64,000 nucleotides of DNA from Macrostomum lignano (Eukaryota), in the NCBI GenBank assembly GCA_002269645.1, contig NIVC01002520.1, forward strand, positions 101,321-165,320, given 5' to 3'. Shown one piece after another: positions 25,501 to 38,100 of this stretch (position 1 is the first letter of the stretch; the number at the start of each line of letters is the position of its first letter). A model generated the notes under the pieces. That model was not told the origin of the DNA, ran no database searches, and was given only the letters and a program-made list of their open reading frames with translations. Position numbers and translations under genes: made by a program.

Positions 25501-26027
25501 GGGGTGCTGCGCAGAATGTCAGGCAAACTCTGGTCTCTGCCTCTCCATATGTCCCTTGGATCCTTTGAAACTTCTACAGTATCTTCTCTTCTGTTTCCTA
25601 TCTTCTCTCTCGTCTCTCGTCTCCCCTCTCCCCTCTATTCTTTTCTGTCTCTTAGCCTCTCCTCTCTTCTCTCTTTCTCTCTCCTGGCCTCTCCTCTCTT
25701 CTTTCTGGTCTCTGATCTCTGATCTCCTTTCTCTTCTTTAATCTCTTCTCATTTCTCTCTGCTCTCTGCTCTCTCTTCTCTCTGCTCTCTACTCTCTCTT
25801 CCCTCTCCCCTCTTCTCACTCCTTACTCTACCCTCTCTCAACACTTCCCTCATCTCTCCTCTCTCCTTTTTCCTCTCTTCTCTTCTCTAAACTCTCTCCT
25901 CTTCTGCCCACTCTCTCCTCTTCTGCCCACTCTCTCCTCTCATCTCTTTCGTCACCTCTCGTCTCTCTCGTCTTATTTTATCTTCTCTCTCTTATCTTTT
26001 CTCATTTCTCTCTGCTTTCTCTCCTCT

Positions 26028-26111
<84 letters not shown>

Positions 26112-29100
26112 TCTCTCCTGTCCTGTCCCATCTCTCTTCTTTCTAATCTCTCCCCTCTTTCCTCTCCTCTCTCGTTCTTTCCGCCAATTTCCCCTGTCCT
26201 CTCGATTCTCTTCCCTTCCCTCCTCTCTCCTCACTCACTTCTCATCTTTCCCTTGTCTCCACCTCTCACCTCATTTCTTATCTATCTCTCCTCTTTTCTC
26301 TCTACTCTCCCATCTCTCGTCTGTTCACTCTCGTTTCTGCTCTCTCATCTCCTTTCTCTCATCTGTCATCTTTACTCTTATATGTTCTCTCCGGTGTAGT
26401 CTTCTCTTTCCCCTCTTCTGACTCCTCTCTTTCCTTACTTCTCTTCCCTCTCCTCTACTCTCTCACTCTATTCTCTTCTCTCGTCTTTGCACTCTGCTCT
26501 CTCTTCCTTCATCTTTCATCTCTACTCTTTCAGCTTTCCTTTCATCTCTCTCATCTCTTTCCTCTATCCTCCTCTTCCCTTTACTCTATCATCTCTCCTT
26601 TCTCCTCTCTTCTTTCGCAACTCGATCACATCTCTCTCCTCTCCTCTCACTCCTCTCTCCCCCTCTTATCTACTCTCTTCTCTATCCTTTCTAATCGCTC
26701 CTCTCAATCCTCTCTCATCTCCTCTCTGTTCTCTCTTGTCTACTCATCTCTACTCTCTTCTCTACCCTCTTCTCTCATCTCCTCTCTGTTCTCTCTTGTC
26801 TACTCATCTCTACTCTCTTCTCTACCCTCCTCTCTCATCTCCTCTCTGTTCTCTCATGTCTACTCATCTCTACTCTCTTCTCACTATTTTCTACCCTCCT
26901 CTCTCATCGATTCTGTCTTATCTCTCAACTCTTCTTTTTCCCTCTTCTCACCTCTACTCTTTCCTCTCCCTCTATCCCTCCTTTCGCTTCTTCCTCCCAT
27001 ATTCTCTGCTTTCTCCTCACCCCCTCGTCTCTCTTATTATTTTCTATCTTTTCTCTGATCTCCTCTCGCCCCTCCGCTCTTTCTAATAGTCTATTCCTTC
27101 TCCTTTTCATTCTCATATGGCCCGCAGCCATGAGCTTGATTCTTTATCTGGCCTTTGACGTATAAAATCTGCCGATCCCTGCTTCGAAAGCCAGTTTGTG
27201 GGACATAGTACTATCATGGTTGTTATCATTTCTCATGCTTTAATCACGTCATTTTTCTGGTCAATTAGCAGCCCTGAGAGGAATTTGTATATTTTCAGCT
27301 CCACCACAACAGTCTGCAGCAGTCTAACAACCAAGGAAATACGCATTTCTTAGGAGGCCATTTAAATTTTAAAGTACCTTATGCGAATCTTAATGTTAAA
27401 ATTTTCATGGTGTAGGATTGCATTGTAATCAGTTATTCATTAATTTTTCGATATTTTTACAAACCATACCACATCGCCTTGATTTGCCATCCTTGTTTAA
27501 CTGCTGCAGACTTGTCTATTCAGAGGACAGTGGTTTGAAATTGAATCTCTCGCTAAACTCTCTCCTCTCCACGCCTCTCCACTCGCGGGGGTACAGAGAA
27601 GGCTATTATTAAAAAGTTATTCCAAAACACTGTACATTCGCTATGTACAGTCAGTCCAATCGCCTGACCCTTCGTCTGGCTCTGGGGGAATGAGTGAGTG
27701 AGTGGCACAAACAACAGAAAAAGCAGACAAACTTCACATGCTTACAGTTTCTTTTTCGGTTGAGTTACAGAGTTGAAACTTTACATGTAGGCAGAGAATG
27801 AGTCAATGAAGAATTGTGTCAAATTTGAAGTCAATCGCTTCACGTGAAGCAAACTTATGGCAGCTGAAAGTTAGTCAAATTTGAAACCCTTTTACACATC
27901 TGGGCCCAGATCGGGAAAGAGAGGCAGGCGGGCGGAGGTTGGGGTGGTTGCTACGCTGAAAAAAACAGCCTAACTTTAAAAGTGCACAGCGGCTTTCAGA
28001 ATTAACTTTGAGATTTGAAATTTTACACGATTGTGCCAAAATAGTTGAAGATTGTCTGTGTCAAATTTGAAGAGAATCGGTAGAAGTGGAGCGGCGCTAT
28101 GGAGGATTTAGTGAAAAAATCGCGCATTTTGAGCAGTTTTTTGTACTTTTAGGTAGGAAGACTTGAGTCTAGGAAGTTAAAAGGTAGCCTAAGACATTCT
28201 CCGTAGTAAGTTTAGGGTGGGTGTAAAGTTTGGTGTAATTTGGTTGAGCGGTTTGGGAGTCCATAGCGAAGTAATTTGTCCACAGACAGACAGACAGACA
28301 GAGTTTTGATTTTTATAGGTAGAGATTATATGCAAAATGAAATATTCACATTTGCAAATAATTTTTAAAAAAATTTCTATACCTTTGATGACCCTATCAT
28401 GGAATAACCGATAAGCTCTCCTATTTTGTCATATTTTGAGTCTTTTTCTAAATATTAATGTGCCATCACTACCATATGTAATAAACATTAAGTCACTTTT
28501 CTCTATTTACTGGTATTTGTCTTTTATTAGCATTAGCACCTATTTTTGATTCACACATCTTGTTTATAGAAATTTTACATTAAAAACTAGCCAAAAGTCC
28601 ACAAAAATTGAAAAAAAACTTTTTTTTGCTTGACAAAATCATTAACATTGTTAAAAGTGTATTTATTTCTTCAAAAAATTCATTATCCAATGAAGAATAT
28701 CATCCTTTAAATTTTATCTGAAGAGTTTAGCATTTAAAGCCATTTTAGATGATAAAAAAAATCTTTTCCACACTCCCCTAACTTTTAATCAATCAATATA
28801 AACTAGTAGTTGTTTATGTAGAAAAATATATGTGCAGTGAATCTCTCTTTATGCTAAGCACCATTTTATTGATGAGAAATTATAACTCATATTTCAGACT
28901 CATTTGTTAATAGCCAAGAATGGACTCTGAGTCGCAATGTTCCAGAACTGAAGCTGGTAAGCTTTCTGGACTTATGTATTTGAGTAATTTTATCCTTTGT
29001 TAACTTTTAAACATAGCAATAAGTAATTTCATAACTTTTTTAACTTTTCAAAACTATTTGTAGGGAGTTATTGGCTCCGTCCACTCTGGCAAGTCGGCAC

Positions 29101-32100
29101 TGGTGCACCGGTATTTAACTGGCTCCTATATGCAGGACGAGTCGCCTGAGGGTAAAATATAACCTATTATTGTGCCTAATTAAGTTTTGCTATCTAACTT
29201 TGTTCTTTACCGCCCCCTATAGTGATCTAGTGCTCCACTTCTGTGGTCCTTTCATCAATCTATCAACTTCTGTGTGCATTCTCTATCAATCTATCCACTT
29301 CTGTGTGCATTCTTTATCAATCTATTCACTTCTATGTACATTCTCTATCAATCTATCCACTTCTGTGTGCATTCTCTATCAATCTATCCACTTCTGTGTG
29401 CATTCTTTATCAATCTATCCACTTCTGTGTGCATTCTTTATCAATCTATCCACTTCTGTGTGCATTCTTTATCAATCTATCCACTTCTGTGTGCATTCTT
29501 TATCAATCTATTCACTTCTGTGTACATTCTTTATCAATCTATCCACTTCTGTGTGCATTCTTTATCAATCTATTCACTTCTATGTACATTCTCTATCAAT
29601 CTATCCACTTCTGTGTGCATTCTCTATCAATCTATCCACTTCTGTGTGAATTCTCTATCAATCTATCCACTTCTGTGTGAATTCTCTATCAATCTATCCA
29701 CTTCTGCGTACCTTCTGTATCGATTTATCCACTTCTGTCTACCTCTTATCAATCTATCCACTTACAATTTTAATGTCTGCTATCAATGTTGCCCACCACC
29801 CTTTAAATCTGTTATCATTCTAACCTTTTCACTCTGGTCTCCATTGATAACTGGAGATCTATATACTGTTTAAAATATCCAAATTATAATGTCACGGATT
29901 GTACATACTTTAACCTTAATAATTTAGGTGCTGCACATTAGCTATAGCTTCTATTTAGACCGAGAAAGTCAGCAAATTTTCAGTGTGCAAAAATTATAGT
30001 TAAACTATTTTGGCAGTAGGTTTGAAGCTAATGTTTATAATCAGGCGTTCACTGCACTGCCTTAATATATGCTTGCTCGTTTAAATTCTGTAAACACTTC
30101 TGCCTCGGGTCGCGTTACTCCGCTCTCTCCGCTCTGTCTTAAGCGATTTCTATTTGGAAATTCTTAACAGCATTTTTGCTTTTTGTTTTCTACACAGCGT
30201 GACTAAAGCAAACCTTTTGCCAATAGCATTAATTATTCTGATGCATACGCTGACAGGCAAAGCTGTTTCTCGTACTACATTTGTTAACTATAAGAGTGGC
30301 GCGTTTTTCTTGTTTTAACTTGCGGTTAATTACCTTGCAACTCAACTAGAGCTACTTCTGAACTTTCTGGACTCGGAACAGTTCACTCCACGATTTCTCA
30401 ATTCTCTAAAAGTTCACTCCAGGATTTCTCAATTCTCAAAAAGTTCACTCCAGGATTTCTCAATTCTCAAAAAGTTCACTCCAGGATTTCTCAATTCTCA
30501 AAAAGTTCACTCCAGGATTTCTCAATTCTCAAAAAGTTCACTCCAGGATTTCTCAATTCTCTAAAAGTTCACTCCAGGATTTCTCAATTCTCACAAAGTT
30601 CACTCCAGGATTTCTCAATGCTCTAAAAGTTCACTCCAAGATTTATAAATTCTCAAAAAGTTCACTCCAGGATTTCTCAATTCTCAAAAAGTTCACTCCA
30701 AGATTTATAAATTCTCAAAAAGTTCACTCCCTGATTTCTCAACTCGAAAAGTTCACTCCGTGATTTCTTAACTGGAAAAGTTAACTCCAAGATAACTCAA
30801 CTAAAATAATTAATTTATTCCACCAGGTGGCCGCTTCAAAAAGGAGGTAATGGTCGACGGTAGCAGCAGCCTGCTGCTCATCCGCGACGAAGGCCGCCCA
30901 CCCGATCAGCAGTTCGCAGCCTGGTGCGACGCCTGCTTGTTCGTGTTCGCGCTGGACAATGCTGACAGCTTCGATGCTGTCTATCAGTTCTATAATAGAA
31001 TGTCGCAGTATAGGAATCTGGCCGACATGCCCATACTGCTGGTGGGGACTCAAGGTTGGTTAGGGGGCCTAGCGGCGGCTCATCAAATGAATTTGGGGGG
31101 AGGAATGGCTAGTGGCGGCTCATCAAAGGCTCTTGGGGGGGGGAAGGGTGGTTAGCGGCGGCTCATCAAAGGATTTTAGAGGGAGGGGTGGCTAGCGGCG
31201 GCTCATCAAAGGATCTTTATGGCAGGGGTGGCTAACGGCGGCTCATCAAACGATCTTTGGGGCAGGGGTGGCTAGCGGCGGCTCATCAAAGGATTTTGGG
31301 AAAGGGATGGCTAGCGGCGGCTCATCAAACAATCTTTGGGGCAGGGGTGGCTAGCGGCGGCTCATCAAAGGATTTTGGGAAAGGGATGGCTAGCGGCGGC
31401 TCATCAAACAATCTTTGGGGCAGGGGTGGCTAGCGGCGGCTCATCAAAGGATTTTGGGAAAGGGATGGCTAGCGGCGGATCATCAAAGGATTTTGGGAAA
31501 GGGATGGCTTGCGTCGGCTCATCAAAGGATTTTGGGAAAGGGATGGCTAGCGGCGGCTCATCAAAGGATCTTTGGGGAAGGGTGACTAGCGGCGTCTCAT
31601 CAAAGGATCTTGGTGGCTTACTTCCTAAACGTTGGCTTGAAAATCTCTGGTTATTAAACTTATTGTTGCAAAATAATCAAAATATGCCCATCTAACTGTG
31701 TTCCAAATCAGACTCAATCAGTGAATCGCGGCCAAGAGTTATTGATGAAGCAAAGACTAGAAAATGCGCTCAGGATTTGCGCCGCTGCGTCTACTTGGAG
31801 ACCTGCGCTACCTACGGGCACAATGTTGATCGCGTCTTTCAAGAGGGTGAGTTGAGAGCATGGTAGTGAGTTCACACATAAGTCAGTGACAGTGAATTTT
31901 TATTAGATGCAATGCAATATGTTAAAATGGAGTTTGTACGGTAATAAGTACATATGATATTCGTGCGTTGCAGTCGACTCCAACCCAAACTACAATAAGG
32001 GGTGAAAAGTTATAAAACTTGAATTACCGCCAATGTACATTCTTGAGCGTACATTTAGTATTTGGTCCTTGCCGCGCCCATCAGCCAATGAGAGCAGGCG

Positions 32101-35100
32101 GAGGTGAGGTGGGTGTCTATCTTCTCAACTTTTTTACCTGCTAACTCTGCGGTGTATATTGGAGAGCGAATTTAAATAGATATATAAGAAGATAGAAGAG
32201 ACGAGCGCACCAAGTGTTTGTCATGCCAGACAAGATGGCCGCCCTCTTAGAGACCACGCCGCGTCGGCGTTACTACACCAAACTCGAGCCCAACCAATTG
32301 TCAACTATTCGTTTCCCATTAGCCGTTTCTCGTCGCTGTCATCGACATAACGCGCAACAGCTGATGCTTAGCAGCAGATCTTCTGCTACTACTACTACTA
32401 CTAATAGTAGTAGCTGTAGTAATAATACTCATCCAAGGAGTCGAAGTCTTTCTAGAACTAGACTAATGCGAGCCTTGCTGCCTCGTAGGCCAAAGAGAAC
32501 AGCTGGTTGTCACTTAAAGCGCAGTTTCTTAAGCCACTGCTTGTGCAGTTCGGCAAGCGATCAGTCCGTGTCCCCTGTAGCGACTCCCCTGACCTCCCTG
32601 ACCTCGCCGTGGTCGGTGCTTAAACAACCCGCAGCTTGCCATCGGATTGTGACCAGTCAGCAGGCTTGGAAGAAGCCTTCGGCTGCTCAGACACCTGGAC
32701 AGCAGCAGCAACAGCCAGGTGGCTCTCATATGAATGCTCGAGGTGGCTTGTACAATGTACCCCCGCCTGGCAAAGATGTGAGTAACTCAAGTGATTTTTA
32801 TTGAGCACTTTTTGAGCTGACTGTACACCCTGTCTGAGTGTGTGCTATCGTTCTGAGGGTTTACATTGGTCTAGCTGGGGTCACATTAGTCTAGTTGTGG
32901 TCACATTAGTCTAGTTGTGGTCACATTGGTCTAGCTGTGGTCACATTAGTCTAGCTGTTGGTCTAGCTGGGGTCACATTGGTCTAGCTGTGGTCACATTG
33001 GTCTATCTGTGGTCACATTGGTCTAGCTGTGGTCACATTGGTCTAGCTGGGGTCACATTAGTCTAGCTGGGGTCACATTGGTTTAGCGGGGGTCACATTG
33101 GACTAGCTGGGGTCACATCAGTCTAGCTGGAGTCACATCAGTCTAGCTGGGGTCACATCAGTCTAGCTGGAGTCACATCAGTCTAGCTGGGGTCACATTG
33201 GTCTAGCTGGGGTCACATTGGTTTAGCTGTGGTCACATTGGTCTAGCTGGGGTCACATTGGTCTAGCTGGGGTCACATTGGTCTAGCTGGGGTCACATTG
33301 GTCTAGCTGGGGTCACATTGGTCTAGCTGGGGTCACATCAGTCTAGCTGGGGTCACATCAGTCTAGCTGGGGTCACATTGGTCTAGCTGGGTCACATCAG
33401 TCTAGCTGGGGTCACATTGGTCTAGCTGGGGTCACATCAGTCTAGCTGGGGTCACATTGGTCTAGCTGGGGTCACATCAGTCTAGCTGGGGTCACATCAG
33501 TCTAGCTGTGGCCACACTGGTCTAGCTGTGGTCACATTGGTCTAGCTGGGGTCACATCAGTCTAGCTGGGGTCACATCAGTCTAGCTGTGGCCACACTGG
33601 TCTAGCTGTGGTCACATTGGTCTAGCTGGGGTCACATCAGTTTAGCTGGGGTCACATCAGTCTAGCTGGGGTCACATCAGTCTAGCTGGGGTCACATTGG
33701 TCGAGTAACCTTAAGCTGATAGGATCGCATGACCAGTTAATAAATAAACTCCTTATAAAACAATTTTTGATTGCCTCATTGGGTCTCGCCAATCAATCAA
33801 TTTAACTATGTTTTGAATTTTAGCCACCTACACTAACACTTGATAAAACTTAGTAGATTTATAAACTGTTCACCAGAATACTTCAGACTTCTTCATCGCT
33901 TTGCTCTTATCTTAGTTTAACTTGATGAATTATTTAATACAATAAACTATTTTTCCTATTCCATATCTTTTTCTCTTCCCCCTCCTACTCATTCAGGTGA
34001 GCAAATCCTCGGGCAGATTCTCTGGTCCAGTTGCTCACGTGCCAAGCCCGACCCAGCAACTGCAGCTGCAGCAGTATCACCAGCAGCAGCAGCAGCAGCA
34101 GCCACTTGGCTACACTGACTACAGCGGAGGCAGCGGCGGAGCCGATGTGAGTTAAGATTTGTTTCCTTTGTTGTTTTTAAACATTTTGTCTACTGATTTT
34201 TTCAATAGCGTCATTTTAAATAGTTTAAATAGTTAGCTGTACCTTTATTTTATAGCCCTTGGCATTTCCTCATAGCCTCGGGCCCTTCCTGATAGCCTCA
34301 GACCCTTCATGATAGCCTCAGACTCTTCAGGGTAGCCTCTGGCCCTTCATGATAGCCTCAGGCCCTTCCTGAATGCCTCCGGCCGTTCATGATAGCCTCA
34401 GACCCTTCAGGATAGCCTCAGACTCTTCAGGATAGCCTCTGGCCCTTCATGATAGCCTCATGCCCTTCCTGAATGCCTCCGGCCGTTCATGATAGCCTCA
34501 GACCCTTCATGATAGCCTCAGACTCTTCAGGATAGCCTCTGGCCCTTCATGATAGCCTCAGGCCCTTCCTGAATGCCTCCGGCCGTTCATGATAGCCTCA
34601 GACCCTTCAGGATAGCCTCTGGCCCTTCATGATAGCCTCAGGCCCTTCATGATAGCCTCAGGCCGTTCATGATAGCCTCAGACCCTTCAGGATAGCCTCT
34701 GGCCCTTCATGATAGCCTCAGGCCCTTCATGATAGCCTCAGGCCCTTCATGATAGCCTCAGGCCGTTCATGATAGCCTCAGACCCTTCAGGATAGCCTCA
34801 GACCCTTCATGATAGCCTCTAGCCCTTCATGATAGCCTCAGACCTTTCTGCTAGCCTCCGACCCTCCAACCAGTAAAGTTGGCTAATCCAAAACAATCAC
34901 GTGTGATGAAAAAATTGCAAGGCCCCCAGCGACGACGCCACCAGTTATCACAGCCAGCCGGCTCAGATATCTCGCAAGCCCAGCGCGGGTACTTTAAGTA
35001 GTAGCTGCGGCATCGGCGGCGGCGGAGTTGTTGCACACGGAAAACCCGTGCGCCACCAGAGTGCCTCAGTAGGTGCAATTGATCAGCTGTGACCTTTGCA

Positions 35101-38100
35101 ACCGAAGTGTGCTGATTTGGATCACCGACCCTGATTGCCCGCTGATATTGTCTGCATGGGATTTCTTATTTCATTTTAGTTACTGCATATGTTGATAACT
35201 TGGCTGGAAGAATTGGATTGATTGGCTAAATAGGATCTCAGTGCATGATTGCTGTGCTTTGTATGCTTTTGCCTATTGGCTTTTTTTGAGGTTTCGTTTT
35301 TAGTTTTTGTAGCTGAGTGAGTTGGTAGCTGAGTGGCTTGGTAGCTGAGTGAGTTTGGTTGGTAGCTGAGTGAGTTGGTAGCTGAGTGAGTTGGTAGCTG
35401 AGTGAGTTTGGTTGGTAGCTGAGTGAGTTGGTAGCTGAGTGAGTTTGGTTGGTAGCTGAGTGAGTTGGTAGCTGAGTGAGTTGGTACCTGACTGGTTTGG
35501 TAGCTGAGTGAGTTGGTAGCTGCGTGGCTTGGTAGCTGAGTGAGTTGGGTTGGTAGCTGAGTGAGTTGGTAGCTGAGTGAGTTGGTACCTAACTGGGTTG
35601 GTAGCTGAGTGAGTTGGGTTGGTAGCTGAGTGAGTTGGTAGCTGAGTGGCTTGGTAGCTGAGTGAGTTGGGTTGGTAGCTGAGTGAGTTGGGTTGGTAGC
35701 TGAGTGAGTTGGGTTGGTAGCTGAGTGAGTTGGGTTGGTAGCTGAGAGAGTTGGTAGCTGAGTGGCTTGGTAGCTGAGTGGCTTGGTAGCTGAATGAGTT
35801 GGCTTGGTAGCTGAGTGAGTTGGGTTGGTAGCTGAGTGAGTTTGTAGCTGAGTGAGTTGGTACCTGAGTGAGTTGGTAGCTGAGTGGCTTGGTAGCTGAG
35901 TGAGTTTGTAGCTGAGTAAGTTTTTTGCTGAGCGAGTTGTTAGCTGAGTGGCTTGGTAGTTAAATAGGATGATAGCTGAGTAGCTTTCTAGCTGAGCAGG
36001 GTGATAGCTGAGCAGTGTGCAAGCTGAACAGGGTGATAGCTGAGCAGTGTGCTAGCTGAACAGGGTGCTAGCTGAATAGTGTGCAGGCTTAAATATGTTT
36101 AAATATATTTAAACATATTTAGCGTGCTACTCACAGTAGTATCATCATTTTTGCACCTCGCAGCCAATCGGGCAGTACTACGAACCGCCAGTGCAGTCGC
36201 ATCCGATGCACTCGTTTGGTACTCCAGTCTCCTATCAGCCTTTAACTCCGCCTCATCCTATGCTGCAGCAGCAGCAACAACAGCAGCAGCAACACGGCAA
36301 GCCGGTGAAGAAGTCAGACAGCTTGTTAAGGGTGAGACACGCTACTTTATTCGCGCTCATATTAACTGCATATAGTACTCCTGCTTGCACTCGTAGCCAC
36401 TTTTAATCTGCACTTTTATACCGCTATTTTGGTGTTAGCTCCTTGTTGTAGAGATTCTATATGTTATGTATTTATTTATCAGCACCGGCGTGCACACGTG
36501 GCTCTGGTATTGGTTACTGTGCTTTATCAAACTGTTTCCGTTTTCAAGCTGTCGCTCAGCTTGTCAGCCTCAGTCCCAGCCCTGGCTGACCGCTACACTG
36601 CTCAGCGCTCTTTGCCGCACGGCGCCTCTCTGGATTATTATAATCCAGCTGATGAGGATGATGATGAGCACCCCTACGAGCTTTACGATCATTTAACTGC
36701 CGGCTTAGCTAAGCGCCCGCCTCCTCCGGTGCCTCCCCGGCCGCCGCCGCCCCAACTGCGGCAGCTGGGGCTGCAGCCGCAGCCGAAGCAGCAGCCAAAA
36801 AAGCGGTCACCTTTGATGCGCTACTTAAGGGGCAGCTTATGGACATCCAGCAAGGTTTATTGAGGGGCATAAGCTTGGTTAGACGGAGACACATTAGGCT
36901 ATTAGGGTATATTTGGGTCATTAATTGGGCTATTAGGTAATCCATCATCATTTTTCTCATAATACCCATTAGGCTTATTAGGAGGCTTCAATTAGTGTAT
37001 TAGCTATCTTCCATCAGGGTATTTAGTGATTTATTTATAAGACTATTAGGCAATCTCCATTAGGGGAATCCATTAGGGCATTAGGCGGCCTCCATTGCTT
37101 TAAATCCATTACGTATTTAAGCGACCTCATTAGGTGAAATCCATTAGGATATTAGGCGACTTTCATTATTTGAAATCCATTATAGGTATTAGGCGAACTC
37201 CATTAGGTAAAATTCATTAGGGTATTAGTCGACTTTCATCATGTTCTGGGTGATTTCTATTGAGATATTAGCTTGACTCGATTAGGCTATTTAGATAAAC
37301 AGGTATCTATATTCGGCAATATTGCTTGCCAAGTTACACGCAATCCACTACTGATATTTTAGTAGGCATGTAAGGGCATTGTCAATGCCTGGCAATAATA
37401 AATTATCGGAGCGCGCATGCTTACCCTTGTGTTCCGAAACAGATTCAGTTTTTTCAAGACCAATAATCTGAATAGTCAGTATATATACAATACGAGTAAG
37501 CTATTGTCATGGCAAACTTGATTTGTTAATTGCGCCAATTCAGTTATTTAACTTATTTAAACAAGGCAGATTGGTCACAGATTCATTTAGTTCGATTTGG
37601 TCAGCGATTTAAAACAAATAATTGTTTGCGACCCAGGCTCGATTACAAGTGCAGTCACATTAGTTTGGGGCTAAATTGAAATCTCGGCTTGGCTCTGCTC
37701 GTGCAATTAACGTTAGAGGCGCTGTACACTCCTGTGTGAGTGTGTGCCCACTCAGGGGAGTCGGCGTATTGGGCAGTAATGCCTCTCGCCGGTTGTGTGA
37801 CAATGTCGCTTAAAGTGCGCCAGGGTGCACACTGCCGCTCTGTATCCGAGGGTAAAGCGGTTACCATAGTACCTATCCTATCAAGTGTAATGTTACACTA
37901 TCTGTTGTTCCACGCCTGTAGTGGCACTGTACTTTTCTCGTATTTAAATAATTTGCACTTTGTTGTTGCTTCTTTTTCAACAATTTTCACTTGATCTGAC
38001 ATCAAGGACAAAGCGGAGGAACAGCAACTGGCGGCTGGGTTCCAGCACGCCGATTATTCGGCTTATTATGCCTCAGCGTCTGTGCCGTCCATCGCTCCCG

